Shown here: positions 9,640 to 18,523 of the stretch, in pieces
How the letters are laid out: each line of letters opens with the position of its first letter
Position numbering within the stretch: position 1 is the first letter of the stretch
Assembly: GCF_001481685.1 (NCBI RefSeq)
Contig: NZ_CP006867.1
Location: 90,001-122,000, forward strand
DNA length: 32,000 bases
Source: Ignicoccus islandicus DSM 13165
Lineage (GTDB): Archaea; Thermoproteota; Thermoprotei_A; Sulfolobales; Ignicoccaceae
Direction of reading: 5' to 3'
Program-made: the position numbers and the translations under genes
Notes under the pieces: model-generated
The model's input: only the letters and a program-made list of their open reading frames with translations
Databases searched by the model: none
Told to the model about the DNA's origin: nothing

Positions 9640-10536
9640 GTAGAATCCCAATAGGGAATAGAAAGATCGACATATTCAGCAATCGTCGATAGTTTTTCGT
9701 ACGATAGGGTAGAATCCCAATAGGGAATAGAAAGTTCTTTATCGTTGAGCGTTCGCTTCCGAACTATCTGAGGTAGAATCCCAATAGGGAATAGAAAGTT
9801 ACATTTGTCGGTAAGTACGCTATTCCGTTTTCGACCTTAGGTAGAATCCCAATAGGGAATAGAAAGACGAGGAAATCGAGTTTTCTTTCCATCATTTCGC
9901 CTCCCGTAGAATCCCAATAGGGAATAGAAAGATAGTGAACGGTAAGTCTGCGATGACGAGTATTTTCGGTTGTAGAATCCCAATAGGGAATAGAAAGAGC
10001 AGACGTGATAGTTGATGACGACAAGTTACTGATTCAGAGTAGAATCCCAATAGGGAATAGAAAGACACTCAACGAGTAACTCCTTCATCATTCCAATTAT
10101 CATGTGTAGAATCCCAATAGGGAATAGAAAGTGCAAATACTTTCGACTTGAGCGATTGGTTGAGCGAAAGTGTAGAATCCCAATAGGGAATAGAAAGCCT
10201 GTTTCGTTGATATTAATATATATTCTGGGGGCCAGAAAGTAGAATCCCAATAGGGAATAGAAAGAATCTCCTTAAGAGAATTATAAAAAAAGAATGGAAT
10301 AGAAAGTAGAATCCCAATAGGGAATAGAAAGCCTATCCCCGAGTTCACGCACCCCCCTCCTGCAATCGCTCTAGGTAGAATCCCAATAGGGAATAGAAAG
10401 TCAATAGTCTTTTCAGGTTCTGTTTCTGTTTTTTGGAAAGGTAGAATCCCAATAGGGAATAGAAAGACGTAACAGAAATCGTTTTCGCACTTCGCTTCTT
10501 CCAATTTCCTGTAGAGATCCAAGAGGGAATAGAAAG
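9640..10536 (+). CRISPR. CRISPR array, 14 repeats and 13 spacers
   Basis: 26-nt repeat GTAGAATCCCAATAGGGAATAGAAAG starting at 9640, 9709, 9773, 9841, 9906, 9972, 10039, 10106, 10172, 10239, 10306, 10375, 10441 and 10511. The first 13 copies are identical. The last copy (GTAGAGATCCAAGAGGGAATAGAAAG) has 4 mismatches. Spacers are unique and 38-44 nt long. Plus-strand orientation is inferred from the ...ATAGAAAG 3' end (compare the Sulfolobales AUUGAAAG 8-nt crRNA handle), the A/T-rich leader on the left and the degenerate terminal repeat on the right. Confidence 0.97.
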
Positions 10537-10612
10537 ATAAGATGTAAATCCTCACTAGTAAGCGTTTAGAACTTAACGCCTCTCTCCGAACTACCTCTCA
10601 CGGAGGAAGAGT

Positions 10613-11671
10613 TTGGTTAACGTGAAGATCAGCAACGTCACCAAGTCCTTCGGCAGAAATGTGGTCCTAAAGGGAATAAATCTGGAAATACCTTCAGGGA
10701 AGTTCTTTGCTATACTGGGTCCATCGGGTTCCGGTAAGACAACGTTACTTAGAATAATTGCTGGTTTCGAAATCCCCGATAAAGGGAACGTGTTTTTCGA
10801 CGGTAAGGACGTAACTGACAAACCGCCTTATAAGAGAAAAGTTGCCCTAGTCCCGCAGAACTGGGCGCTCTGGCCCCACATGACTGTGTTTGAAAACGTG
10901 GCCTTTGGTTTAAAGGTAATGAAGCTTCCGCGAAGCGAAATACGACAAAGGGTCAACGAGGTTCTAGACCTTTTAGGTTTGAAGGGACTAGAGGGAAGGT
11001 ACCCTCACCAGTTAAGCGGAGGACAACAACAAAGGGTTGCGTTGGCGAGGGCCTTAGTAGTCAAACCTAAGTTACTCCTCCTCGACGAACCGCTCAGTAA
11101 CTTAGATGCCGTTCTTAGAATAAAGCTCAGGGGCGAGCTAAAGAGGATACAGAGAGAACTGGGTCTCACTGCAATATACGTTACCCACGATCAAGAGGAG
11201 GCTTTGGCTCTAGCAGACGAACTGGCTGTGATAAATGAGGGCGTTGTAGTGGAAACGGGAGAACCAAGAGAGATATTCATTATGCCGAAGAGGCTCTTCA
11301 CGGCGAAGTTCATAGGAAGAACTAGTTCCGCTAGAGGAAAGGTCGTGGAAGTTAGTGGAAAAGAGGCGTTAGTTCAGATAGGAAAATTAAGGATACGTGC
11401 GATAAATCACGGCCTGAAGGAAGGAGATGAATGCGTAGTTGTGTTCAAATCCGAGCTAGCGAAGGTTAGGCCGAGAGAGGGCTACGTCAAGGTGACAGGC
11501 ATCTTGACGCTGTCCATGTACTTGGGACCGAAGGTTGAGGTTAGACTGAAACCCGAAGGCTCTGAGGAGGAAATATCGTTCTATGTAAGTGAAAGGGAGA
11601 CTCCTCAAATAGGCTCAACTTATTCAGTTCACTTACCGATTGAAGCGATCCACGCCTTTCCGCTCGAATAA
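10613..11671 (+). CDS. ABC transporter ATP-binding protein, PotA/CysA/MalK-type importer ATPase with C-terminal TOBE-like domain
   Basis: Walker A GPSGSGKTT, Q-loop VPQNWALWPHMTVFENVAFGL, signature LSGGQQQRV, Walker B LLLLDEP, H-loop YVTHDQ. A beta-rich C-terminal regulatory domain of roughly 110 aa follows. GGAGG lies 6 nt upstream of the TTG start. Confidence 0.9.
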   Translation: MVNVKISNVTKSFGRNVVLKGINLEIPSGKFFAILGPSGSGKTTLLRIIAGFEIPDKGNVFFDGKDVTDKPPYKRKVALVPQNWALWPHMTVFENVAFGLKVMKLPRSEIRQRVNEVLDLLGLKGLEGRYPHQLSGGQQQRVALARALVVKPKLLLLDEPLSNLDAVLRIKLRGELKRIQRELGLTAIYVTHDQEEALALADELAVINEGVVVETGEPREIFIMPKRLFTAKFIGRTSSARGKVVEVSGKEALVQIGKLRIRAINHGLKEGDECVVVFKSELAKVRPREGYVKVTGILTLSMYLGPKVEVRLKPEGSEEEISFYVSERETPQIGSTYSVHLPIEAIHAFPLE

Positions 11672-11717
11672 GTAAAATACGTATCTAAGCACTACGAGGG
11701 GGAAAGGTAGGTAGGGT

Positions 11718-12968
11718 ATGCCAGAAAAGGAAGACTTAAAGGAAGTCATAGATCAATATCTCGAGAAGCTGGAAAGGGGCGAGCTAACTATAAGTAAGTT
11801 GGATAAGGTGCTTTCGCCTAACCTAGCTGCGGTCGTTAGGAGACTGTTCATTGAAAGGAAGACTGGAAAGGTTCTAAGCGCAATAGCATCTACCATACTT
11901 GACTTCGAGGAGCTCGTGGGAAGGAACATCGAAAACCCAATAGGAGCGGTTCAGATACCGCTAGGAGTGGCTGGACCGCTGAAAGTTAACGGCGATTACG
12001 CGAAAGGCGAATTCTTCATCCCATTAGCTACCCATGAAGGGGCGCTAGTTGCCTCTATAAATAGAGGGTGTAAGGCCGTAACGGAGTCAGGCGGTGCTCG
12101 AGCTAAAGTAATTAAGGACGGCATGGCTAGAGCGCCCGTTTTTGTCGCTCCTAATATAGAAAAGGCTTACCAATTGGTTCAATGGGTAAGGGAACACTTC
12201 GACGAAATAAAGAGGGAAGCTGAGAGCACAACGAGTCACGGTAAGCTGAAGGAAATTCAACCCTTCGTAATGGGCAATAACGTGTGGCTTCGCTTCGTGT
12301 ACTTCACTGGCGACGCAATGGGCATGAACATGGCTACTATTGCAACAGAGAAGGCATGTGATTATATTGAAAGAGAATTTGGTGAGGCGAAGTGTTTAGC
12401 GTTGTCTGGAAACATGTGCGTAGATAAGAAGCCGGCTCACTTGAACGTTTTGTGTGGAAGGGGGAAGACTGTAGTTGCCGAAGCAGTTATAAAGGAGGAA
12501 GTAATAAGGAGAGTGTTCAAAGCGGACGCCCAAACTATACACGAAGTCAATTTGAGGAAGAACTTGCTCGGAAGCGCTTACGCGGGATCGCTTTCATTCA
12601 ATGCACACTTCGCTAACGTGATAGCGGCGATATTTCTAGCTACAGGCCAAGATGCAGCTCAAGTAGTCGAGTCCCCCATGGGCTTCACGTGGACTGAGGT
12701 AAGGGGGAACGATTTGTACATATCAGTTACGTTACCTAGCTTGGAAGTGGGAACAGTTGGTGGCGGTACGAGGTTGCCGACCCAGAGGGAGGCCTTGGAG
12801 ATACTAGGGGTAGCTGGCGGAGGAGACCCTCCTGGAACCAACGCTCTCAAGTTCGCTGAGATAGTCGCCTCAGCGGTCCTAGCGGGCGAACTCAACCTGC
12901 TTGCTGCCTTGGCCGCTAAGGAACTGGCCAAGGCACACAAAGCTCTAGGTAGAGGAATGGGTAAATGA
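11718..12968 (+). CDS. hmgA: 3-hydroxy-3-methylglutaryl-CoA reductase, class I (mevalonate pathway)
   Basis: [41 protein letters not shown] and GTVGGGT are the canonical class-I HMGR blocks. 416 aa. Confidence 0.92.
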   Translation: MPEKEDLKEVIDQYLEKLERGELTISKLDKVLSPNLAAVVRRLFIERKTGKVLSAIASTILDFEELVGRNIENPIGAVQIPLGVAGPLKVNGDYAKGEFFIPLATHEGALVASINRGCKAVTESGGARAKVIKDGMARAPVFVAPNIEKAYQLVQWVREHFDEIKREAESTTSHGKLKEIQPFVMGNNVWLRFVYFTGDAMGMNMATIATEKACDYIEREFGEAKCLALSGNMCVDKKPAHLNVLCGRGKTVVAEAVIKEEVIRRVFKADAQTIHEVNLRKNLLGSAYAGSLSFNAHFANVIAAIFLATGQDAAQVVESPMGFTWTEVRGNDLYISVTLPSLEVGTVGGGTRLPTQREALEILGVAGGGDPPGTNALKFAEIVASAVLAGELNLLAALAAKELAKAHKALGRGMGK

Positions 12969-14083
12969 GGATATTCCAAGTAGTCCTCTGGGACTTATTT
13001 AAGAGGCCTTTGAGAAACCTCCTAATTGTAGTCATGTTATCGATTGCAACGGTTTCCTTAATGGTCACGCTAACGATCTCGCAAGCGGCCTTCCAGATGC
13101 TTCAGAGCTACTTAAACGTGTTCTCTCCGAACGTAGTGATAGTTGCTGGTCCAGTCCTACCGGTATCCCTCTCGTTCGCTTCCTCCCTACCGGGAGTAAA
13201 GGCCATCTATCCGTTAGTTATCTCCGATGGATACCTTCAATGCAACAACTCTTTTTCCTATGTAATGTTAATAGGATATTCCAATATATCTGCAATAGCT
13301 GAGAGTACTTCAATTAAGTTAATCAAAGGGAAGTTCGGTGTAGACGTTAGCGAAGGCTTGAGTAAGTTCTATGGTAAGAAATGTGAGTTAGTTACTTCCT
13401 TCTTCGGATCCTACAACCTTACTATAGAGGGAGTTGTCGAACTGAGGAACTTAGAGGAAGTCATGCAAAGGTCCAACATAGTCTTGGCTCCAATGGAAGT
13501 ACTAGAAGGCGCCATACCTAACGCGTTAGTAATAGTAGCGAAGTCTCCTAAGTACGTTAACATAATAGAAGACGAGATAGTTAACGCCACTGCGGGGCAA
13601 GCCTTCATTTTCTCCCAACGAAGCTTGCGGAAAGTAGGAGAAACTGTAACATCGCTCGCCTCAGTAACTTCCACCTTTCTAGGCTTCTTGTCGATTTCAA
13701 TAGCATCAATAGCTATAGCAGTAATAGCAATTATAGATGTTAAAGACAGGAGATGGGAAATAGGCCTCTTGAAGGCGTTAGGTTTCGAGTCTAAGGACTT
13801 AGCTTTTCTCTATTCATTAGAGTCCCTAATCTATTCAACTATATCCCTAACGATAGGAATAGCGCTCAGCGGAGCCATTTTGAACCTAGCGAAGCACTCT
13901 TTCGGAGAGCTATTGAGAGGATTGATAAATAGCGAAATTATAGTAAAGAGTTTGACAATAAACGAGTCTCAAGTTATTAGGGCCATATTAATTGTAATTG
14001 GAGTTAATTTAATCAGTTCGACGATACCCGCATTGATAAGCTATTCAACGGATCCCGTTCGGGCCTTGAGGCAAATAGAGTAA
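12965..14083 (+). CDS. FtsX/MacB-like ABC transporter permease
   Basis: N-terminal [25 protein letters not shown] (TM1), a periplasmic-type loop of about 200 aa, then [35 protein letters not shown], which is the FtsX-domain signature. The ATG overlaps the hmgA stop (ATGA). Confidence 0.75.
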   Translation: MRIFQVVLWDLFKRPLRNLLIVVMLSIATVSLMVTLTISQAAFQMLQSYLNVFSPNVVIVAGPVLPVSLSFASSLPGVKAIYPLVISDGYLQCNNSFSYVMLIGYSNISAIAESTSIKLIKGKFGVDVSEGLSKFYGKKCELVTSFFGSYNLTIEGVVELRNLEEVMQRSNIVLAPMEVLEGAIPNALVIVAKSPKYVNIIEDEIVNATAGQAFIFSQRSLRKVGETVTSLASVTSTFLGFLSISIASIAIAVIAIIDVKDRRWEIGLLKALGFESKDLAFLYSLESLIYSTISLTIGIALSGAILNLAKHSFGELLRGLINSEIIVKSLTINESQVIRAILIVIGVNLISSTIPALISYSTDPVRALRQIE

Positions 14084-14087
14084 ACTC

Positions 14088-14357
14088 CTATATTCTTTCT
14101 ATGCTCTCCATCAGATCTGTGGAGTGGAGCGCTACTTCGACCCCTATTTCCTTACCGGCTTTTTCGAGCTCCCTCCTCAGCTCTTCCACAGATATCGTCG
14201 CTTGGTCCAAGTCAACTATCATTATCATTGCGAACATGCCTCTGAGGACAGTCTGGGTTATATCTATTATGTTCACCTTATATCTCGCTAGTACGGAAGA
14301 TATCTTCGCTACTATACCAACCTTGTCCTTGCCTATTACAGTTATCACTGCGTGCAA
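14088..14357 (-). CDS. ACT-domain protein (UPF0237-like)
   Basis: 89 aa. AVITVIGKDKVGIVAKISSVLARYKVNIIDITQT is a typical ACT beta-alpha-beta start. It lies 6 nt downstream of the leuD-like gene. Confidence 0.7.
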   Translation of the reverse strand: MHAVITVIGKDKVGIVAKISSVLARYKVNIIDITQTVLRGMFAMIMIVDLDQATISVEELRRELEKAGKEIGVEVALHSTDLMESIERI

Positions 14358-14363
14358 GATCCT

Positions 14364-14870
14364 TCACTCCCATGGGAACTTTCCATGTTTCTTGTAATAT
14401 TCATATATTCCTCCTTCCTTTAAGAGCTCCATTATCATCTGGGGATAAGGTTTCACTTTAACTTCCTTCCCCTTCGTTAAGTTCCTTATAACACCTTTCT
14501 CTAAATCTATTTCTACTTCATCGCCCTCCTCTATCATCTCAACGGCTTCCGGAGACTCTATTACCGGTAAACCTACGTTGACGGCGTTCCTGAAGAAAAT
14601 CCTTGCGAAGCTCTTCGCTATGACGGCCGACACTCCGGAATACTTTATAGCTATTGGCGCTTGCTCTCTAGAACTACCCATTCCGAAGTTCCTTCCGGCA
14701 ACAACGATGTCTCCAGGCTTTATCTTCTTTGAGAGGTTCGGGTCCAAGTCCTCGAAAACGTGTTTCGCTAGCTCGTAGTAATCTACCGTTTTCGCCTTAT
14801 ATCTGAATGGTATTATCATGTCTGTATCTATGTTGTCACCGAGCTTGGCTACAACTCTACCCTTTACCAT
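14364..14870 (-). CDS. 3-isopropylmalate/homoaconitate dehydratase small subunit (LeuD/HacB family)
   Basis: [11 protein letters not shown] and [14 protein letters not shown] motifs. 168 aa. No large subunit is in the window. Confidence 0.85.
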   Translation of the reverse strand: MVKGRVVAKLGDNIDTDMIIPFRYKAKTVDYYELAKHVFEDLDPNLSKKIKPGDIVVAGRNFGMGSSREQAPIAIKYSGVSAVIAKSFARIFFRNAVNVGLPVIESPEAVEMIEEGDEVEIDLEKGVIRNLTKGKEVKVKPYPQMIMELLKEGGIYEYYKKHGKFPWE

Positions 14871-14908
14871 AAGGGTACCCGAGCTGAGGGATATATCGAG
14901 CTAGTTAT

Positions 14909-15709
14909 TTAAGATTTCAATAACCCGTTGAGTTCGTAGCACTTTAGAGCTTTGCCGTTCGTTAAGCATAACTTCCCTTTGCTGATGCCGGAGCTAATGC
15001 TACCTTCGAATTCGGCTACCTTCTTTAAATTGTCTGTAAAGACGTACGTCTTTTGGTTGGTAGATGCAGCTAGTAATCCGTCGTTAGCGCTGAGATCGTA
15101 GGCCATTCCGTCCAATTCTGCTCTACCTACGTGTCTCATTTCCCGTTTCGATGTAAGTTCGAATTTATGTAAGTAGGATACGCCGACGAAGAAGGGATCC
15201 CTAGCTAGAACGTAGACGTAATTGTCGAGGCTCGCCACTCCCACTACTTCTTCTATAGGGATAGTTTGCATTCTCTTACATTTCTCTTGTAAGTAAACCC
15301 CTCTCTTCCCTCCTAGGACTAGGAGCCCATTTACTTCAGTAATACCCTTTAGCAAGTCGTTTACTCTAAAGCAATAGGACTCTCGTAGATTTACGACCCT
15401 CGAAACGTTATTACCTTCATAGAAAACGACCAGTGAGTCCTCGTGACTTCCTAGCGCTATTCCATTGAACTTTCTGATTTCCATCTGCCCATTGAACGTT
15501 ACTACTACGTTCCTACCACCGAATAAATATTTCTTACCTATAGAAACTGTGGTGATAATGGAACCGACCCTAACGGTCTTCAATAGTTCGCCTTCAATTG
15601 AGAAAATCATCCCGTCTCCGTGCACAGTGCCAGCTACGACTACACTGTCCTTTACTTTAATTCTCTTGATTATACTTTCTTTAGGCACAGCTATAGCCCT
15701 TTCTCTCAT
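14909..15709 (-). CDS. Hypothetical protein, beta-rich (possible beta-propeller-like repeats)
   Basis: 266-aa ORF with recurring short beta-strand/Gly-turn segments. No catalytic motif recognised. Confidence 0.45.
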   Translation of the reverse strand: MRERAIAVPKESIIKRIKVKDSVVVAGTVHGDGMIFSIEGELLKTVRVGSIITTVSIGKKYLFGGRNVVVTFNGQMEIRKFNGIALGSHEDSLVVFYEGNNVSRVVNLRESYCFRVNDLLKGITEVNGLLVLGGKRGVYLQEKCKRMQTIPIEEVVGVASLDNYVYVLARDPFFVGVSYLHKFELTSKREMRHVGRAELDGMAYDLSANDGLLAASTNQKTYVFTDNLKKVAEFEGSISSGISKGKLCLTNGKALKCYELNGLLKS

Positions 15710-15744
15710 TACATATCCGGATTAGGTTATTGCGCGTTGTGGTT

Positions 15745-16692
15745 TTATAATGTAATCTTCCACTTCGTAGGATTTTCATCCCACCCTTGTTCGAGGAAAT
15801 TAGGGCTCCAAGCACCAAACTTACGATTCAAGAATGGGACCCCCGTGCGAGTAAATACCGATACGACTTTATTCCGATGAAATAGTTTCACCCCATCGGC
15901 AGGGTAGTTGCCTCTTACTATAAACTTCGTTTTCGTTTCTCTTAGGAAGTATCTAGTAACTCCCGGGCCCCACAAGAAGCCCTTGCCGACCGGATTCGGG
16001 CTCCAGCAGTCCTCCGGTTCGTCTTCCCAAGAACACATTTCGGCTGGGTCGTTCCAAAGATATTCTTCAATTAAGTAATTCTCGTTCACTTTGTCACTAT
16101 ATACGCATTCGATCGATTTGCAACCCTTTCTGATTAAGAGCGTTGAAGGACCTCCGTGAAACGCTACCACGGACCTGTCAACTATTAGCGCTAGGGGCAT
16201 TGCATCGAACACTTCTCTAGCCTTAACGTAGATCTCCTCTCCTCGCTTACCGTACCTCTTCAGCAAGTGCAACGGGAAATCGTGTGGAAGAGGTTCCATT
16301 CCTTTAGGGGCTTCGTGATTTCCTCTAAGTATAATAACGTCCCGCGGTCGCTTTGCTTTAAGAGCTAGGGGTAAGAGCAAGGCCTCCACTTGCTTCGGTC
16401 CTCTATCGACGTAATTGCCCAGGAAGACCAATCTCCATTCCTCGAAGACCTCTCTCTTCCCTAACCTTTCCCAAATATCGTAGAGTTGAATGAAGCTACC
16501 GTATAAATCGCCGTGAAAGACGTAGCGAGTGTCTGGATAAGTGAAAGCTACCGGATGGACGCCGCCTTCGTACATTTTTAGCAATAGCTTCTTAGCTTCC
16601 TCTAACAATTCTATAAGTTCGTCCGGTTTTAGTGAGTTCACAGCTTCTGCAAAGCGAGCGGCGTCGTCGACTGGTAGTTCCGCTAATTCCAT
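15745..16692 (-). CDS. Ser/Thr protein phosphatase, PPP family (archaeal PP1-like metallophosphoesterase)
   Basis: PPP signature blocks in order: FHGDLYG (GDxHG-like), LGNYVDRG (GDxVDRG-like), LRGNHE (GNHE). A later FHGG follows. Confidence 0.8.
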   Translation of the reverse strand: MELAELPVDDAARFAEAVNSLKPDELIELLEEAKKLLLKMYEGGVHPVAFTYPDTRYVFHGDLYGSFIQLYDIWERLGKREVFEEWRLVFLGNYVDRGPKQVEALLLPLALKAKRPRDVIILRGNHEAPKGMEPLPHDFPLHLLKRYGKRGEEIYVKAREVFDAMPLALIVDRSVVAFHGGPSTLLIRKGCKSIECVYSDKVNENYLIEEYLWNDPAEMCSWEDEPEDCWSPNPVGKGFLWGPGVTRYFLRETKTKFIVRGNYPADGVKLFHRNKVVSVFTRTGVPFLNRKFGAWSPNFLEQGWDENPTKWKITL

Positions 16693-16781
16693 TCAATTTA
16701 CCCCTCTAGATAATGGGTCCCATCGCGGTAATTTCTTCATTGCTGTGCGCTCCAGGGGGGCAAGTCGTGGTCATCCCATGC

Positions 16782-17186
16782 CTACTTTATTTTTAATACA
16801 TTTATTAAGTAAGTGACCTGTTTCAAGGACTTGACCTTTTCAAGTAACGAGCTCACGTCCCTTGACACCCCTCTAAAGTAACAGCTCAGGAAAATCAACT
16901 TGTCTGAAAACGGGTCTTTCATTATCATAATAGATGGATAGCAACTTTCACTTAATATGGAAATAAGGTCTTGTAGATGAGAATTCGTAGTGGTTACCGT
17001 TAATTGAACGAGGACCTCAGTGTTTTCGTTGAGAAACATTTTCGCATTGTTTAAAGAATTTTCCAAAAGTAATTCAATTACTTTCGATCGAGGCAATCCA
17101 TAAAACTTGCTCAAGTTTTCAATCACTTTATACAATTGCTCGTTTATTGAGATACCGAACCTTTTCTGTTTGGTTGACATTTCCAT
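16782..17186 (-). CDS. Putative ribbon-helix-helix (CopG/NikR-like) transcriptional regulator
   Basis: N-terminal KRFGISINEQLYKVIENLSKFYGLPRSKVIELLLENSL fits the RHH beta-alpha-alpha pattern. The C-terminal portion of about 80 aa could be an ACT/NikR-like ligand domain but lacks the His-rich Ni site. Divergent from lysW. Confidence 0.45.
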   Translation of the reverse strand: MEMSTKQKRFGISINEQLYKVIENLSKFYGLPRSKVIELLLENSLNNAKMFLNENTEVLVQLTVTTTNSHLQDLISILSESCYPSIMIMKDPFSDKLIFLSCYFRGVSRDVSSLLEKVKSLKQVTYLINVLKIK

Positions 17187-17314
17187 CCAGCAAGTTTTGA
17201 AACGACCAGTAAGTAACTTAAGTATTGCTACTACATTAACGGGGTTTAAATTAAAGAGTCTCTAACAATCTATATAAACCCATCCGAGGAAGCTATGACG
17301 GAGGTTATGAGGTC

Positions 17315-17491
17315 ATGCCAATAAAAGCGAAATGTCCCGTCTGCGGTGCTGAGATAGAACTCCCAGACGACGTCATGGATGGAGAAATAGTTGAGTGTGA
17401 ATCTTGTGGAGCGCAACTAGAAGTGAAGAGAGAAGGCGACAAAGTAGAACTTAAGGTCGCGGAAGAGACAGCTGAGGATTGGGGCGAGTGA
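17315..17491 (+). CDS. lysW: Amino-group carrier protein LysW (alpha-aminoadipate/glutamate carrier)
   Basis: Not in the ORF track (58 aa). Hand translation: MPIKAKCPVCGAEIELPDDVMDGEIVECESCGAQLEVKREGDKVELKVAEETAEDWGE. It has a CxxC...CxxC zinc ribbon plus an acidic tail ending EDWGE, which is the LysW hallmark. GGAGG lies 10 nt upstream. It sits directly upstream of lysX. Confidence 0.88.
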   Translation: MPIKAKCPVCGAEIELPDDVMDGEIVECESCGAQLEVKREGDKVELKVAEETAEDWGE

Positions 17492-17498
17492 GGGGGAG

Positions 17499-18356
17499 GT
17501 GAGTTGGTTCCAGTTCGTTGTTAAGGTCTATTATGATATGCCGAGAGTAGAGGAAAAGAGGTTAATGAAGGCTCTAGAAGACGAAGGCTTCGAGGTAAAG
17601 CCCTTCAACGTAACTAGGGAACCCTTACCAATAGGGGGGGTTGAGGACCACATAGCACTAATAAGAGCCGTCAGTATGTTCAGGTCCTTATATACTGCCG
17701 CAGTCCTAGAAGCGAATGGAATAACTCCTATCAATAGTTCCTTCACTATTATATATTCTGGGGACAAGATCCTAACGTACTCGGTTCTGGCGGCGAATTC
17801 CATACCAATACCCAAGACCGTTATATCCTTAAATGGAGATTCAACAATCAAAGCGTACTTACAGATAGGCTTTCCACTTGTAGACAAGCCTCCAATAGGA
17901 AGCTGGGGTCGGCTTGTTAGCCTAATAAGGGATTGGCACGAAGCCAATATAGTTATAGAACATAGAAGCATGATGAACAACCCTCAGATGAAAGCTCACA
18001 TCGTTCAAGAATACGTTGAAATGCCAGAGCATAGAGATATAAGGTGTTTCGTGGTAGGTGGTAATTGTTTAGGATGTATCTATAGAATACCTAAGGAGGG
18101 AGAATGGAGATCTAACGTAGCGCTAGGTGCCGATGTCGTTAAACTAGATGAGAGCACGGAAGCGTGTGAATTAGCAGTTAAGGCGGCCGAAGCCCTCAAA
18201 GGCGAAGTCGTCTCCATAGATCTATTTGAAAGAAAGGACGGATTGGTAGTTAATGAAGTAAACGGCGTACCGGAATTCAAGGGATTTATGAGGGCTACGG
18301 GTATTGACGTCGCTAAGGAAGTTGCGAAATACGTAAAGGAGAAATTGAAGAAATAG
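17499..18356 (+). CDS. lysX: LysW--alpha-aminoadipate ligase LysX (RimK/ATP-grasp family)
   Basis: ATP-grasp pattern: VKVYYDMPRVEEKRLMKALEDEG at the N-terminus (compare LysX ILYDRIR.DEK), KPPIGSWGR, VQEYV, RCFVVGG, and VSIDLFERKDGLVVNEVNGVPEF (Mg/ATP site). The GTG start lies within a GGAGGTGA SD-like sequence 8 nt after the lysW stop. Confidence 0.85.
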   Translation: MSWFQFVVKVYYDMPRVEEKRLMKALEDEGFEVKPFNVTREPLPIGGVEDHIALIRAVSMFRSLYTAAVLEANGITPINSSFTIIYSGDKILTYSVLAANSIPIPKTVISLNGDSTIKAYLQIGFPLVDKPPIGSWGRLVSLIRDWHEANIVIEHRSMMNNPQMKAHIVQEYVEMPEHRDIRCFVVGGNCLGCIYRIPKEGEWRSNVALGADVVKLDESTEACELAVKAAEALKGEVVSIDLFERKDGLVVNEVNGVPEFKGFMRATGIDVAKEVAKYVKEKLKK

Positions 18357-18392
18357 AATTAAGTTTATTAATGAATGTGAAATGAGGTTTCC

Positions 18393-18469
18393 GGGGCCGT
18401 CGTCTAGCTTGGTAGGATGCCAGCCTGGGGCGCTGGTGGTCCCGGGTTCAAATCCCGGCGGCCCCACCA
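18393..18469 (+). tRNA. tRNA-Pro (anticodon GGG), CCA encoded
   Basis: Acceptor GGGGCCG/CGGCCCC. Anticodon stem CCAGC/GCTGG with loop CTGGGGC. T-arm CCGGG-TTCAAAT-CCCGG. Discriminator A followed by CCA. Confidence 0.9.
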
Positions 18470-18523
18470 CGCCTCTGCACTACTTAATAAAGCAGTTGTC
18501 CCCGGATTCATAGGGACTTAGGC

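Noticed and set aside
9764-10555. Three minus-strand ORFs (86, 74 and 151 aa) with repeating peptide segments such as FLFPIGIL and SIPYWDST
   Set aside because: They are translations of the CRISPR repeats in different frames. The periodic peptide repeats mirror the 26-nt DNA repeat, so they are not genes.
10583-10597. Similarity between spacer 2 (TCCGAACTATCT, about 9758-9769) and the array's downstream flank (TCCGAACTACCT)
   Set aside because: It is only a 12-13-nt match with a mismatch. By rough estimate, many matches of that quality are expected by chance in 32 kb on both strands. It is not evidence of self-targeting.
12659-12979. Nested antisense or alternative-frame ORFs inside strong genes (examples: 12659-12979 in hmgA, 29215-29634 in PAN, 3880-4254 in proS, 25313-25660 in the kinase-like gene, 17531-17980 in lysX)
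   Set aside because: They are low-complexity Ser/Pro/Leu/Thr/Arg-rich shadow ORFs typical of the opposite strand or an alternative frame of genuine coding regions. They have no motifs and are fully contained in well-supported genes.
18222-18470. 82-aa minus-strand ORF beginning MVGPPGFEPGT
   Set aside because: It starts antisense to tRNA-Pro (FEPGT is the typical T-arm antisense translation) and overlaps the lysX 3' end. It is spurious.
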